Part shown: piece after piece, positions 13,147 to 26,343 of the stretch | Position numbering within the stretch: the stretch's first letter is position 1 | How the letters are laid out: each line of letters opens with the position of its first letter | From: Octopus sinensis | Lineage: Eukaryota | DNA length: 64,000 nt | NCBI RefSeq assembly: GCF_006345805.1 | Contig: NC_043001.1 | Coordinates: forward strand, 5,828,001-5,892,000 | Direction: 5' to 3' | Notes under the pieces: model-generated | The model's database searches: none | What the model was told of the DNA's origin: nothing | Seen by the model: only the letters and a program-made list of their open reading frames with translations | Program-made: the position numbers and the translations under genes

Positions 13147-14090
13147 TTTCTACTCTTGGCGCAAGGCCTGTCATTTTTAGGGAGGTGACAGTCGATTGGA
13201 TCGACCCCAGTAAGTAAATGCTACTTAATTTATCGATCACGAAAGAAGGAAAGGCAAAGTCGACCTCGGCGGAATTTGAAAATTTGAACCTATAAAGACA
13301 GATGAAATACTTATTTCTTTACTACACACAAGGAGATAAGCAAAGACAAACAAGGACAGACAAACGGATTAAGTCTATTATATCGACCCCAGTGCGTAAC
13401 TGGTACTTATTTAATCGACCTCGAAATGATGAAAGCAAAGTCGATCTCGGCATAATTTGAACTTAGAACATAGTGGAAGACGAAATACCGATTTCTTTAC
13501 TACCCACAAGGAGCTAAACACAGAGAGGACAAACAAGGACAGACAAACGGATTAAGTCGATTACATCGACCCCAGTGCGTCACTGGTACTTAATTTATCG
13601 AGCCCAAAATGATGAAAGGCAAACTCGACCACCGCGGAATTTGAACTCAGAATGTAGCGGCAGACGAAATACCTATTTCTTTACTACCCACAAGGGGCCA
13701 AACACAAAGGGGACAAACAAGGACAGACAAACGGATTAAGTCGATTACATCGACCCCAGTGCGTCACTGGTACTTAATTTATCGAGCCCCAAATGATGAA
13801 AGGCAAACTCGACCACCGCGGAATTTGAACTCAGAATGTAGCGGCAGACGAAATACCTATTTCTTTACTACCCACAAGGGGCCAAACACAGAGGGGACAA
13901 ACAAGGACAGACAAACGGATTAAGTCGATTACATCGACCCCATTGCGTGACTGGTACTTAATTTATCGATCTCGAAAGGATGAAAGGTAAAGTCGACCTC
14001 GGCGGAATTAGAACTCAAAACGTAACGGCAGACGAAATACGGCTACGCATTTCGCCCGGCGTGCAAACGTTTCTGCCAGCTCGCAGCCTT
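13147..14090 (-). mobile_element. SINE family B pentamer
   Basis: Head at ~14040-14090, unit boundaries at 13313, 13491, 13675 and 13859 (periods 178/184/184), tail at 13147-13200; flanking repeat atgaaaga(c/t)aaa at 13132-13143 and 14091-14102. Confidence 0.92.
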
Positions 14091-14602
14091 ATGAAAGATA
14101 AAATGTATGTTATCGTATGTGGAGATGTGTTTGCATATTTGAATGAAAATTTATTTAGAAATTTTATATTTCTAAAAATTTATGTAAAATGATTACCACT
14201 CAATAAAATGTCATGAACTCTCTCCTTACTTGGCGCACTAAAAATATAATTACTTGCTGCAAACTTTGTAGGTGTAAACAAAGATACAAAGAAAATCATG
14301 ATTTTAAAAGAAATAGGAAAAAAAAATTGATAATAAATATATTTGTAGAAATGTGTTTTTAAGTAAAGGAATAAAAATGATAGTAATTATTTACACTTTT
14401 AAGTAGGTTATGTTACTATATTCATTAGAAAAAGAAAATTATTCCCTCATAAAACATCTTTCCTTTTGTTTCGCAAACGCGCGCATACTTACACACATAT
14501 ACAGAGGCACATTAGTAAATAAATGTACGCACACTTGCATTTAACGCATATGTTTGTGTGTTAGTGTGTGTTTCTGTGTGTGTTTATATTATACGTACGT
14601 AA

Positions 14603-14637
<35 letters not shown>

Positions 14638-14645
14638 CATCTGCT

Positions 14646-14679
<34 letters not shown>

Positions 14680-14837
14680 ATAAGTATATAATATATTATA
14701 TGTACATGTATGTTTGCGTATGTGTGGATACGTACATACATAATATACTTTAGTGTGTTTGTGTACGAATACACACACGCATGCACACACGCATGCACAC
14801 ACGCACATATGTATTTATGTGTATATATATATATATA

Positions 14838-14869
<32 letters not shown>

Positions 14870-15410
14870 CTTTTGATACTTTTATTTATTTTAAAACGCA
14901 ATCCTAGTGCAATCTGTGTAACAGGGAATATAATTTTATAATTTTCTTCATCTTTTACTAGTAAATTTTCCAATTTGATTGCAATTTGATGCCCAAGATA
15001 GTTTGCCACTAAATATCGCTAACCTCTCATGCATAATATTTTCTTTTTTTATTTAAAAGTATCCGCTTACAGCATTTATGTATGTTGTTATAAGAGTGGA
15101 ATGAAGCGAAACGAAAACTATTAGAAAATACTACAAATCATGAACATCGATTTCGATGTAAAATATGTAGTAACTACAAAAAAAGAAAAAAAACAGTCAC
15201 ACACAGAGACACACATACACTCACATATATACATTAAGTACTTCGTTTCTTTTCTGGAAGAATTCGGTTCTAAATTATTTCCTGAAGTTTGTGTTTATGC
15301 ATTTCACTTCCTTTCTCAATTTCTATATCATTTCGATACACATAGTTATCACTTTTGGAACCTTTTTACTTTGATCGTACCAGCATCAAGAAATAATATC
15401 TAGTGTCCTA

Positions 15411-15413
<3 letters not shown>

Positions 15414-15497
<84 letters not shown>

Positions 15498-15531
15498 ATA
15501 TATATATATATATAAATATATATATATAGAT

Positions 15532-15565
<34 letters not shown>

Positions 15566-15566
15566 C

Positions 15567-15606
<40 letters not shown>

Positions 15607-15632
15607 TATATATATATAAATATATATATATA

Positions 15633-15685
<53 letters not shown>

Positions 15686-15689
15686 ATAT

Positions 15690-15727
<38 letters not shown>

Positions 15728-15875
15728 TGTCAAGAGCAAAAATATAGGGTTTCCGTACGCATACCATAATCTTCTTTCAATCGAGGCCGTACGTGCCCAG
15801 TAACAGACTATTTTGTTTAGTCGTTATAAACTCTAACCTTATAAACTATTATTATTTTTATTTGCATAACTGTAA

Positions 15876-15918
<43 letters not shown>

Positions 15919-15951
15919 CATATATACACATACATATACACCCACACACAC

Positions 15952-15995
<44 letters not shown>
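15414..15995. repeat. (TA)n microsatellite complex enclosing a ~155-bp unique insert (15721-15875)
   Basis: Directly visible. Confidence 0.9.
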
Positions 15996-15997
<2 letters not shown>

Positions 15998-17414
15998 GTT
16001 AAAGAGGACAACAAACATTAAAGCAGTGCAAATACCTGAAGTCGTATACAATATTATTATTTGTAAATTTTTTTTGCAATAAAAATAATTTATACGTTAT
16101 ATATTGTATATATATCAAACACAAAAGATGTATCCATAATAGATGTAGCTGCACTCGAGAGGGGACAGTTAAATTTCAAACTACTATTATGGAAAAAATT
16201 TCGAATTGTATGAAAAATAATAACATACAACTTAGGTACAAAAAATATTTTAGTAAAATTTGTGAGGTCAAAAACAGGAGACGAAAACTTGAAATCGACT
16301 TCGAGTCAAAATATATTTTTTTAAAAGAAATTTATGCTTCATTTTAGCTTATATGATCGATCTCGACGAGCGCAATCTATCTATGTTACTTACATGCAAA
16401 AATATTCAGTAGAAAAAATACTGTGGTAAAAACCGGTGAAAGACAATAAGGAGATTAACGCCTGAAATCGATTTTCAGTTCAAATATAATTTTTCCTTCA
16501 AAAGAAAACTATATTAATTCCAAATTTTCTTATAGATCTCCACTAGAGAAATCTGATGATACCAATTATATCAAAAAATATTCTAAAGTAAGAAATGTTC
16601 TGGGGCCAAATGTGCCGAAAATCCCATGATGCTAATTACATGATGTAAAGTACATTAAAAAATAATAAAAGTCTACTGAGGCAAAATGTACCGAAAAGAA
16701 TGGTTAACACCTAAAAGCAAATTCAAAATCTACACATTTTGTTTTTTTGTAAAACGTTTGATTTTTTTTTAGCTTGACTGCAGGAATCCTGTGATGGTGA
16801 TGACATTAAAAAAAATTAATAAAAAACTATTGGGGTCAATTGTACTGAAAACAGGGGTAACGCCTAAAATCAAATTCGAAACCATTTTTGTTTTTTATTA
16901 TATATGATGGAACTCATCAACAGGTGTGTCATGCTGCTAATCTTTTAAAAAAACATTATTCACACTGCCGTTTTAAGATCAACATTTATTCGCTCACGAC
17001 CACTTCTAGTCTTTGTCTGACTCAGATTTTAACCAAATGATGTTTATGTTTATAGGTTCAGCTCATCCTAAGCAACATTTCGAGCTAAATAAAATCTGGT
17101 TCAGTAAAAAGAAAAAAAAATTTTCTTTTAGCTTATATTTTAGATCGCGACTACAGGAATCTATCCATGTTAGCTATATGCAAAAATAAAATGCACTGAG
17201 GTAAAAATCAGCGAAGAAAAACACCTGAAATAGACCTTCACGCCATATATTCTTCTTTCATAAGAAAGCTTCGTTTAAAATTGACCTTTCTGATAGATTG
17301 CGACTTCAGGAATCCCATGATGCTAATTGCATATTTTTTGTTTACTAAAAAAATAGTACAGGGTCCAAATGGGCCGAAAACAGTGGCAACATCTAAAAGC
17401 AAATTCAAAACCTA

Positions 17415-18705
17415 CGAGAGGCGTTCAATAAGTAATGCCCCTGACCCACTCCCCATAGCAGTAAAGCAACGAAACTTGGCACAGTTATTGGTCTTTTTCT
17501 ACATAGGAACCACCCGGAGTTACGCATTTCTCCCATCGTTTGATACAGCTCTGAAGACCGTTTTTGTAGAAGACCCCAGCTTGGTCCTACAACCACGACG
17601 TGACTTCAGAAATCAAGGCTACATCATCCGGGAAACGCTTTCCTTTCAAAAACAACTTCATGGCTGGGAAGAGGTGAAAATCAGAGGGTGCAAGGTCAGG
17701 AGAGTAGGGGGATGGGGGAGGAGTTCATAGCCGCACACCTATGCTTCTGATCTGGCGGGACGCGATTTGTTGACCAGAGCATTGTCCTGCAGGAGGAGGA
17801 TGCCTTTGCTGATCTTGCCCCGCCTCTTGATTTTGATAGCTTCTCTTAATTTCCTCAAAAGTGAAGCATAATAGGCTCCTGTAATTGTGGTACCCTTTGC
17901 CAGGAAATCTGTCATCACTACTCCGTCCTGGTCCCAGAAGACTGTGAGCATGACCTTGCCAGCGGAGAGCTGCACCCTTGCCTTCTTTGGAGGAGGTGAG
18001 TCACGGTGCTTCCACTGCATTGACTAGGCTTTGGTCTCTGGATCATAGTGATGGACCTAGGTTTCATCCTGTGTAATCAGTTTTTTGAAAAATTTTGACT
18101 CTTTTCCTTGGCACATCTCCAAATTCATCCTAAAGCACTCGATGCGTTCCTGCTTCTGGAAAGGTGTGAGCAGCCTGATAATCCATCTGGCAGACACCTT
18201 TTGCATATGCAAATGGTCATGAAGGATAGTTTCCACAGACCCGGTACTAATCTTGACCTCATGGTCTATTTGGCGAATAGTTATGCGTCGATCTTCCAAA
18301 ATGGCTCCCTCAACTTGACGGACAGATGCCTCATCAATGACAGAAGGGGGCGACCAGATCTGGGAGCTGTTTCCACAGAGTTCCGACCATGTTTCAATTC
18401 ACGATGCCAGCGTTTTACAAGGTCATATGATGGGACATCATCACCATAAGTTACTTTCATTTCATCAAAGGTTTCCCGTGGTGTGCGTCCTTTCAAATAC
18501 AAAAACCGGATCACTGCTCGACACTCAACAGTCTCCATTTCACACTTGACTCAGTTCAAACACCTGTAAATCAGAAACCTTAATTAGTTCAGAGCTGTAA
18601 TTTGCCACTTAATCTATAGAGATATAAATAATTGCACATGCAAAATTTCAACTAAATCAAACAACTGCAAGTGGGTCAGAGGCATTACTTATTGAACGTC
18701 CCTCG
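17415..18705 (-). mobile_element. Full-length mariner (DD34D) DNA transposon, inactive
   Basis: 36-bp TIRs cgagaggcgttcaataagtaatgcccctgacccact with 3 mismatches; TA duplications at 17413-17414 and 18706-18707; 1291 bp long. Confidence 0.96.
17485..18538 (-). pseudogene. Mariner transposase pseudogene (irritans/Himar-like motifs)
   Basis: RAVIRFLYLKG, PRSGRP, KVSARWI, ITQDET*VHHYDPETK, SAGKVMLTVFWD, LLQDNA, YSPDLAPSDFHLF, RWEKCV; in-frame stops and frameshifts. Confidence 0.93.
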
Positions 18706-18894
18706 TACATATTTTGTTTTTGCATAAATAACGTCTTATTTTTGTTTAGCTCATATGATAGAATTCATCAAGGAAAGTGCCCTGATGTTAATCTTTTCAA
18801 AGAAAATATTCAGAATGAAAATAGGCATCAGATAAGCTACATGTGCCAAAAGTACATAAAACAATCTTCAAGCAATATTATTACTTATTATTGT

Positions 18895-19105
18895 ATTAAG
18901 ACAACCAGCTGGCTGAGTCGTTAAGACGCAGGGTGGATGTTTCACAGCGTTTAATCATTTGAGTTCAAATTACGCCGAGGTTGTCTTTGCCTTTTATCTT
19001 TTCGGTACTCGATAAAATGAGTATCAGCTGAGCACTGCGATCGATGTTATCAACTTCCCATCCTTTCGGATATGATGGTCAGCAATCAAAATTGGAAACT
19101 AACAT
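18895..19105 (+). mobile_element. Degenerate SINE family B copy
   Basis: gagttcaaattacgccgaggttgtctttgccttttatc..gataaaatgagtatcag. Confidence 0.7.
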
Positions 19106-20207
19106 TGTAAAATAATTAATCCAATTCAGTATTTAGGTACCTTACAAAGATCTGCCTCATATTCATAGGAAACACCACAGTGTAATAGATATCATCCACG
19201 CACGTGGGAGAATGATATTCTTGAGGTCAACATTAACTCGCTCGCGACTATTTCTAGGCTTTGCCATTAATACTAATTTTTTTTTTACCAAATTTGATTA
19301 TTTTTATACATTTTGCAGATTGGTCACCTTCTAAGCTACATTTTGAGCTACAAAATTTGAAATTTGGTTCAGAAAGTTGAGATTTCGAACATGTGAGGTA
19401 AAAAAGGAGAGAATAACGCCTCAAATCGACTTTTGTCGACATCGCGGGTTATTTTATTTGCAAAAAGATGTTGTCAAAGAAGTGATTATTTGCCTGTATT
19501 AATTTTATTCCTTCTAAAACAAAAGGGTTTGAAAATCTTACCATGATGTGGTTTTAGTGCATTGTCAAGCAGAACTTCAGAATTTCAATTAATCTATCGT
19601 GTGGAATATTGATATATAAACTATTTGCATCAGAACTAACGAGAATTGCCACCTAATGGACACTTTAAGGCATTTAATTTAGAAATTCCTCATCATCCCG
19701 AACAAAGCTTGGCATCATTTTGCATAAAGGTCTTAAAACTATATATAGTAAGTTGCTATGCGTTTTGTATTTGATGCTGGGCCTGCAATGATTGGACTGA
19801 GGTTCAAGTCTTTAAGTTTAGTAATTTCGACTATTGATTTTCTTCTTTTAACAGTTTTTAATTACTTTTGATTTATGGATCTTAGGTAGTCCATAGATGT
19901 TACAGGACTTTACTACGGAGTCTGTTAAAGAGTTGAACTCATTCTCCGTTCGGCTGTTTCGATGTTTTGAGATGAGACTGTTTACTTTGCGCTTGTTTTT
20001 ATATTCGTTTTCATTTAGCTTCTTGCAGAAATGTTCACTAATTTACTCCAGAACCATCACTCTGCAATGGATTCCTTCCATAATAATACACAAACACACA
20101 CACACACACAAACACAAACACACACACGCACACACATATATATGTATATACAATTCTTCTTCATATACACGCATTTGTATGTATGTCTATATATATGTGT
20201 GTGTGTG

Positions 20208-20245
<38 letters not shown>

Positions 20246-20325
20246 GTATATATATATATATATAATATATATATATATTATATATATATATATATAATAT
20301 ATATATATATAATATATATATATCG

Positions 20326-20724
20326 TTGTTCTTCGTCCGCCGCTATAAAGGCTTTTTCCAATGCGCCAGAGAAAAAATTTGTTTGCTTGTTATCAGTCGT
20401 AAGACACTTGTTGTTTTCACCGTTATGCTTCTGTATTCATGTTTCTGTATTCCATTATTGTTTTTTGTTTTTTTATATCTGTCCCTTTTGCTGTCCTGGT
20501 GTTCGTATGCATTCGATCCTTCTTCCAGAAATCTACGCTTCCAGCTTAGTTTTTTCTTGGAGGGCTGGCCGTGATCTAGTAATCTCAAGATTAATCAGCC
20601 GAAATTACTACGATGATCCGTTCTTGACTGAAGACTGAGGGGTTCGATGTCCTGTCCATGTTTATTGTATCGTCTTCTATAGTTATACGTTCTTGTCCAT
20701 GTTGTATTTTTCTACATACCTTAA

Positions 20725-20755
<31 letters not shown>

Positions 20756-20980
20756 CTATATGTATATTATATTTGTATATATAGGAATAAAAATTTATAT
20801 ATAAAGAACGTGAAATACACGAAGGGACGAACACGGAAAACAGACGAGTCATTCGAAGCCTTCAATCTTCAGTCAGAAACCGAATCATCATGGCAAATTT
20901 CGGCTGATTAATTCTGATATTTGCTCCAACTCGGCGAGCCCCAAGGAAAAAACTAAGCTGTGAGCATTAGATTTCACCAA
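20326..20980. mobile_element. Two diverged inverted copies of a (TA)n-associated repeat (putative Penelope-type 3' end)
   Basis: 20530-20660 (+) aligns to the reverse complement of 20845-20975: aaatcta.gct..cagcttagtttt, ttaatcagccgaaatt, gatgat.cg, tgactgaaga.tga.gg.ttcga; (TA)n lies between them. Confidence 0.6.
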
Positions 20981-20982
20981 TA

Positions 20983-21106
20983 ATAAAACTCAAAGTTTCG
21001 GATGTCGGGTCAGAAGATCTGCTCCGGCATCTCGTCAGTTATCAAGGCAATCAGACGAGATACCAGAGCAGATTTCTGCCCCAACACCCAAAGCTCGGGG
21101 TTTTAT
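20983..21106. repeat. Imperfect palindrome with ~56-bp arms (MITE-like)
   Basis: ataaaactcaaagtttcggatgtcgggtcagaagatctgctccggcatctcgtc pairs with gacgagataccagagcagatttctgccccaacacccaaagctcggggttttat. Confidence 0.85.
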
Positions 21107-21251
21107 AATTGTCACAAATTCCTCTATTTACATAATATCGAGGTCTCATTCATTTTTTTGTTGTCATACCATTACTATTTATATGCATATACATACATAC
21201 ACACGCACACACACACACTCACATACACACACACACCACACACACACACAC

Positions 21252-21308
<57 letters not shown>

Positions 21309-23236
21309 ATATGTATATATTTTAGGTGTTGGTATTTGTATGTGTGTATGTTTGTAATAAAAGGCACCTTGTCTACACAGTGATAAGTAAACTCAAAATT
21401 ATCAGTTTGAAAACCGCTCTTAAGTGAGAAACTGCTATTGGAGTCACCTTTTGTAAACACTTAATAAATTGTAAACATCCATTTATGAAAGTGGAAAATT
21501 ATCAGTAAAGCCATTTCTACTAATTTTATCAAATATACAATACCATACCAGAGACTTTCTATTCATTATTCTTCTTTATATACATATATTAAATGAAATA
21601 CACAACCGAAGTAGCTACTAATAGTTTCAACATATTACAATACTTGAAGAACCACATTTATTAAATACTTTTATCTTTCAGGCTCTGTCCATGCGTTATA
21701 AAAATATGTTTTTCAAAAACACTGACGCTTCAGACTAACAAAATAAGAAACATAAATGTGGATAAAACGTGAAGCTGTTTGGTGCATATACTTGGCAATC
21801 GAGTTGATAGGTGCTATAATATGATGAACCAACTTGCTTATTCGCAGTTCAAAAAGCCGAGCCAAAACTTTCAAGTGTCAAGCCTCATTAGCATATAGTC
21901 TCCAAAGAAAATTAGTACAAAACTTTTGTTTTGCATAGTTACAATATCTACGAATAAAAGTTCAGTGAGTAAAAGTACTTCCAACCCTGACATGGCCTTC
22001 TAATTTGTGTAGGTTGACTTATCATTTCGTTAGAGATAGGGGTAATTATTAATGACATAACATCTCACTGACACAACATATATATTACACATTTTACATT
22101 GAGATTGATGAATAATTCATGGACGTTGTGAATAACACATAACAACTGTCTTTCAACAGTTTGGCTGGAAGTTGAATTTCTCAAATACATCTGCGCACCA
22201 TATCAACTATGGCTACTCTTTGAATGTTTGAATATATTATAACTCATTGTGTTTAAACAGTAGCGAATGGTATTTCACTTTCGCGCGAGAAGTTTGAGTA
22301 TAACATCAGTGTTTGGAAGGAAGCACACTTCAATTTACTTAGTGAATCCGAATTTAACAGGGGAATGTAACTTCTTTGGTGTCGGAGTTGAGGTATAAGC
22401 AAACTAGAGTTGATTAGACTTATTAAGGTGAGTGGGTGGTGTTTTATCTTCACTTCCGCACGAAGCTGACATTCAGGTATGCCTGAATAACAACGCAGGA
22501 ACGATTTCTCACTGAAGTTTTTCACCTAATAACTTATACGCTCGCATAAGCGAGTTCTACGATTTTAAACAAATAAGTTAACCGTAAACAGCATTAACAC
22601 ACACACACACACACACCTCCACATACAGACGAAGAACAACACATGCATACCGACATTTACATGTGCAATTATATACTTGTATATACTATCGGTATGCATA
22701 TCTATGTGTGCGTATATGCATGTGCGAGTGTAATGTTCTTTATTTAGTATATATTCATACTTCAGTATATATTTTCTATATATCAATGCTGTTTATTTAG
22801 TATATATAAATATATATATTCATACATACGCACACGTATTTATACATACATATATGTATTCATGCATTCTATATACGTAAATGCGGGAATACAAACATAG
22901 AGAAAGAGAAAGACTGATCAACTGCTTCGAATTCTCCACCTTCTTTAAACAAATTTGCATTAATACCTATAAAACCTGATGCAAGTGGTTTTGTGAGACA
23001 ATGCCTGCGAGAGTAGAGTTAAGCTTTGGTCTTCTGGCAAAAATCAAGCAACTAACTGGCACATTACGGACACAAACTCTTCAGCGGATCACTAAATATG
23101 CAAAAATTGTTAAATATTATATCGTTTTATAATCTACATTCCGGCGAAGGTGCTTTTATATGTTTGTTAGAAACCAGCTCCTACACTCGGAGAAAGAATT
23201 TAAATAATTAATATGCAGTAGAGAATATTCATTCAT

Positions 23237-23429
23237 ATACATACATACATACATACATACATACATACATACATACATGCATACATACATACATACATAC
23301 ATACATACACATACACAAGCAAGTTTCGGTAACATGCCTGAAACACCCGAAGTCTTTGCCAACATTCTTGTGTAAAAATAAAAAATATGTACTCTACAAA
23401 AACTATATATATGTAAATATATATATATG

Positions 23430-23474
<45 letters not shown>

Positions 23475-23540
23475 TATATATTATATATATATATGTATGT
23501 GTATATATATATGTATATATATATATACATATATATGTAT

Positions 23541-23590
<50 letters not shown>
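23237..23590. repeat. (TACA)n and (TA)n microsatellites
   Basis: Directly visible. Confidence 0.9.
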
Positions 23591-24024
23591 AGACTGAGAA
23601 AATATCAATTCATTTCAATTTCATTCATGATAAATGCACCTGCTAAACTGAATCAATCAATGGTAAGCTGAAAGTTTTGTTTAGCTAGTTTTTGAAGTAT
23701 TAAATTCTGTAAAACGGACAATTGGTTTAGAAAAGATTTGAAAGTTTGTAGCTGTAGATTCATGTCTTTTCAAATATATGGATTTGAAGAAAACGAAATT
23801 TTCACGGTGACTCTCTTAGAAATCATGAAATTTTTATTCAGAATTTGTATGTTTAAAGTTATGAGAACGAGATGATACACCACAAACCCCGGACAACGAT
23901 TCAGCGGCTTATCACGGGGAGAATCAAAATTATGAAGGAAAGCGTCTATCAATAATAAAACAACGTACACATTCGTTATATTGTTCTCCCAAATATTCTT
24001 TTTTAAGTTCTTTATAAACAAATT

Positions 24025-24190
24025 TTCCTTGTTTGGGCCATGCTGGAGCACTGCATTGAAAGGTGATATACCAACAAATCGACACCAGTATTTTGATTGT
24101 TTAAATACTGTTACTTCTGTTCATTGGGTCTTTTACTGAAACTTCACTTATCTGGGAGGCCACAAGGCAGAATCAGTTGTTGAGCTGATG
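24025..24190 (-). mobile_element. Degenerate SINE family A 3' part
   Basis: ggccatgctggagcactgc..aaatcgacaccagta matches the reverse complement of the family A tail. Confidence 0.55.
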
Positions 24191-24334
24191 AAGGGTCGTT
24201 TTTATGTTACTTCTCTTGTTTCCATTTGCTTCTCTCATTGTCTGCATCTCCAAATTTGAAGCACACAAGCGCAAACACACACGCACACACACACCACACA
24301 CACACACACTGTATGTATATATACGTACATATAC

Positions 24335-24383
<49 letters not shown>

Positions 24384-24590
24384 TATAATGTTCGAAATGA
24401 GGAATAGATAGACAGTGGACATCTTATGAAGGGTCGTTATTTATGTTACCTGCCGTGTTTTCCATTTGCCTCTCACGTTCTTTGCATACCGAAATTTGTT
24501 TTCGTATTTCAGGTTGTTTAAGTTTCGTGGTGTCCTGTACCAATATATGCACGTATATATACGATATATGTACAGCTAATGATGTATATA

Positions 24591-24629
<39 letters not shown>

Positions 24630-24793
24630 GTATCAACAATTGAGGGTAAAATTAATTTCACCAAGTGTTAAGTATGTAAAAGGACCATTTAAGGCGAATT
24701 CAAAATATTACATTATATAATTGGGGCTTAGTAAAATAAATTACTTTGCCACATACTGAACTTAGTAGAAATAGCAGCCAAAATATAATGTTA

Positions 24794-24853
<60 letters not shown>

Positions 24854-24904
24854 CATCATCATTATTATTATTATTATTATTATTATCATTATATATGTAT
24901 ATAT

Positions 24905-25070
24905 GGGAACAGGACGTCAGAAAACGTTTCCATCTACCAAAACCACTCATGAGGCTCTCGTCGGCACGAGGCTAGTATAGGAAAACATACGCAACGTGCA
25001 ACGCATGCGGACTAAACACGGAACCATGTGGTTTGGAAGCACGCTTCTTATCACACAGACACGCCTGCAC
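24905..25070 (-). mobile_element. SINE family A 5' half, diverged
   Basis: tttccatctaccaaaaccactcatgaggct..ggaaccatgtggtttgg..cacacagacacgcctgcac. Confidence 0.75.
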
Positions 25071-25082
25071 ATATATATATAT

Positions 25083-25450
<368 letters not shown>

Positions 25451-25927
25451 TACCTTGCTGTCTACCAACATAGACGATTTGCTTCATATTAACAATGACA
25501 ACTGGATATTAGCTCTTCGGTACGAACGGCAATTTTGACGGCAAATCCCATATTCTCCAAGTTATCGTGCATAAAGGTGACGAAAAGCGCCAATTTTCCT
25601 CACAAACTTAAATCAAGAAAATAATTTCTGTGTTTAAATGTTTAAATTCAAAGAATCATATTGGCTGTAAAATTGACCATTGACACAGGTGACATGCGAA
25701 TGTTACAAAAACTTATATTTTTGTCTTTTTTAGGCTACAAATAGACATCATTAAGATCTCATTTCACGACTGGCTGATCAATAGTATGAAATGCGTTGGA
25801 CTGTAAAAATACACAATTCTAAATATGACAATATCAAGATTTTCCGAACTAAACCACATTAATTTCTTCAGAATGAAATTTAGGATATGTATTATACATA
25901 AATACATATATGTATATACATACATAC

Positions 25928-25960
<33 letters not shown>

Positions 25961-26249
25961 CACGCATATATTTATATGTATGTATCTATATAAGCATATG
26001 TGTGTGAGTGTATCTTGTATCGTTCACTTCATTTAGTAAGTAGACAGCGGTTATACGGGAGCACACCTTCAAGAATTTTTAGTCGAACGAAAGTATCCTT
26101 ATTCAATAGTTTTCGTTTGGTGAACCACTAAATCGCAATGACGACACTACACAGAGACAAACATTCGCCAATAAATACTCGTATATACGATATATATATA
26201 TATATATATATATATGCGTGTGTCTATGTATGTATATATATATATATAT

Positions 26250-26286
26250 TTATATGAAACACACACACACATACACACACACACAC

Positions 26287-26343
<57 letters not shown>

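Larger units (their letters stand above)
16260..18850. repeat. Ancient degenerate ~150-175 bp tandem-like repeat interrupted by a mariner
   Basis: Recurring cct(g/a)aaa(t/g)c(g/a)a.ttc..ttt..tttagct motif near 16288, 16461, 16710, 16863, 17225 and 17392, resuming after 18707. Confidence 0.5.

Noticed and set aside
13147-14090. Regular repeats as a CRISPR-like array or retrozyme
   Set aside because: Units are full tandem copies without unique spacers, and I found no hammerhead core on either strand.
17281-17730. 149-aa plus-strand ORF
   Set aside because: Antisense shadow of the mariner transposase and TIR.
23140-23185. ccggcgaaggtgc...agaaaccagctc as a hammerhead (similarly ctgacgaag near 12666)
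   Set aside because: Stem II and the cleavage site are too degenerate to support.
24188-24480. Diverged ~50-bp direct repeat (atgaagggtcgtt..tatgttac) about 238 bp apart; also a 33-bp doublet near 8504-8570
   Set aside because: Ordinary local duplications with no further structure.
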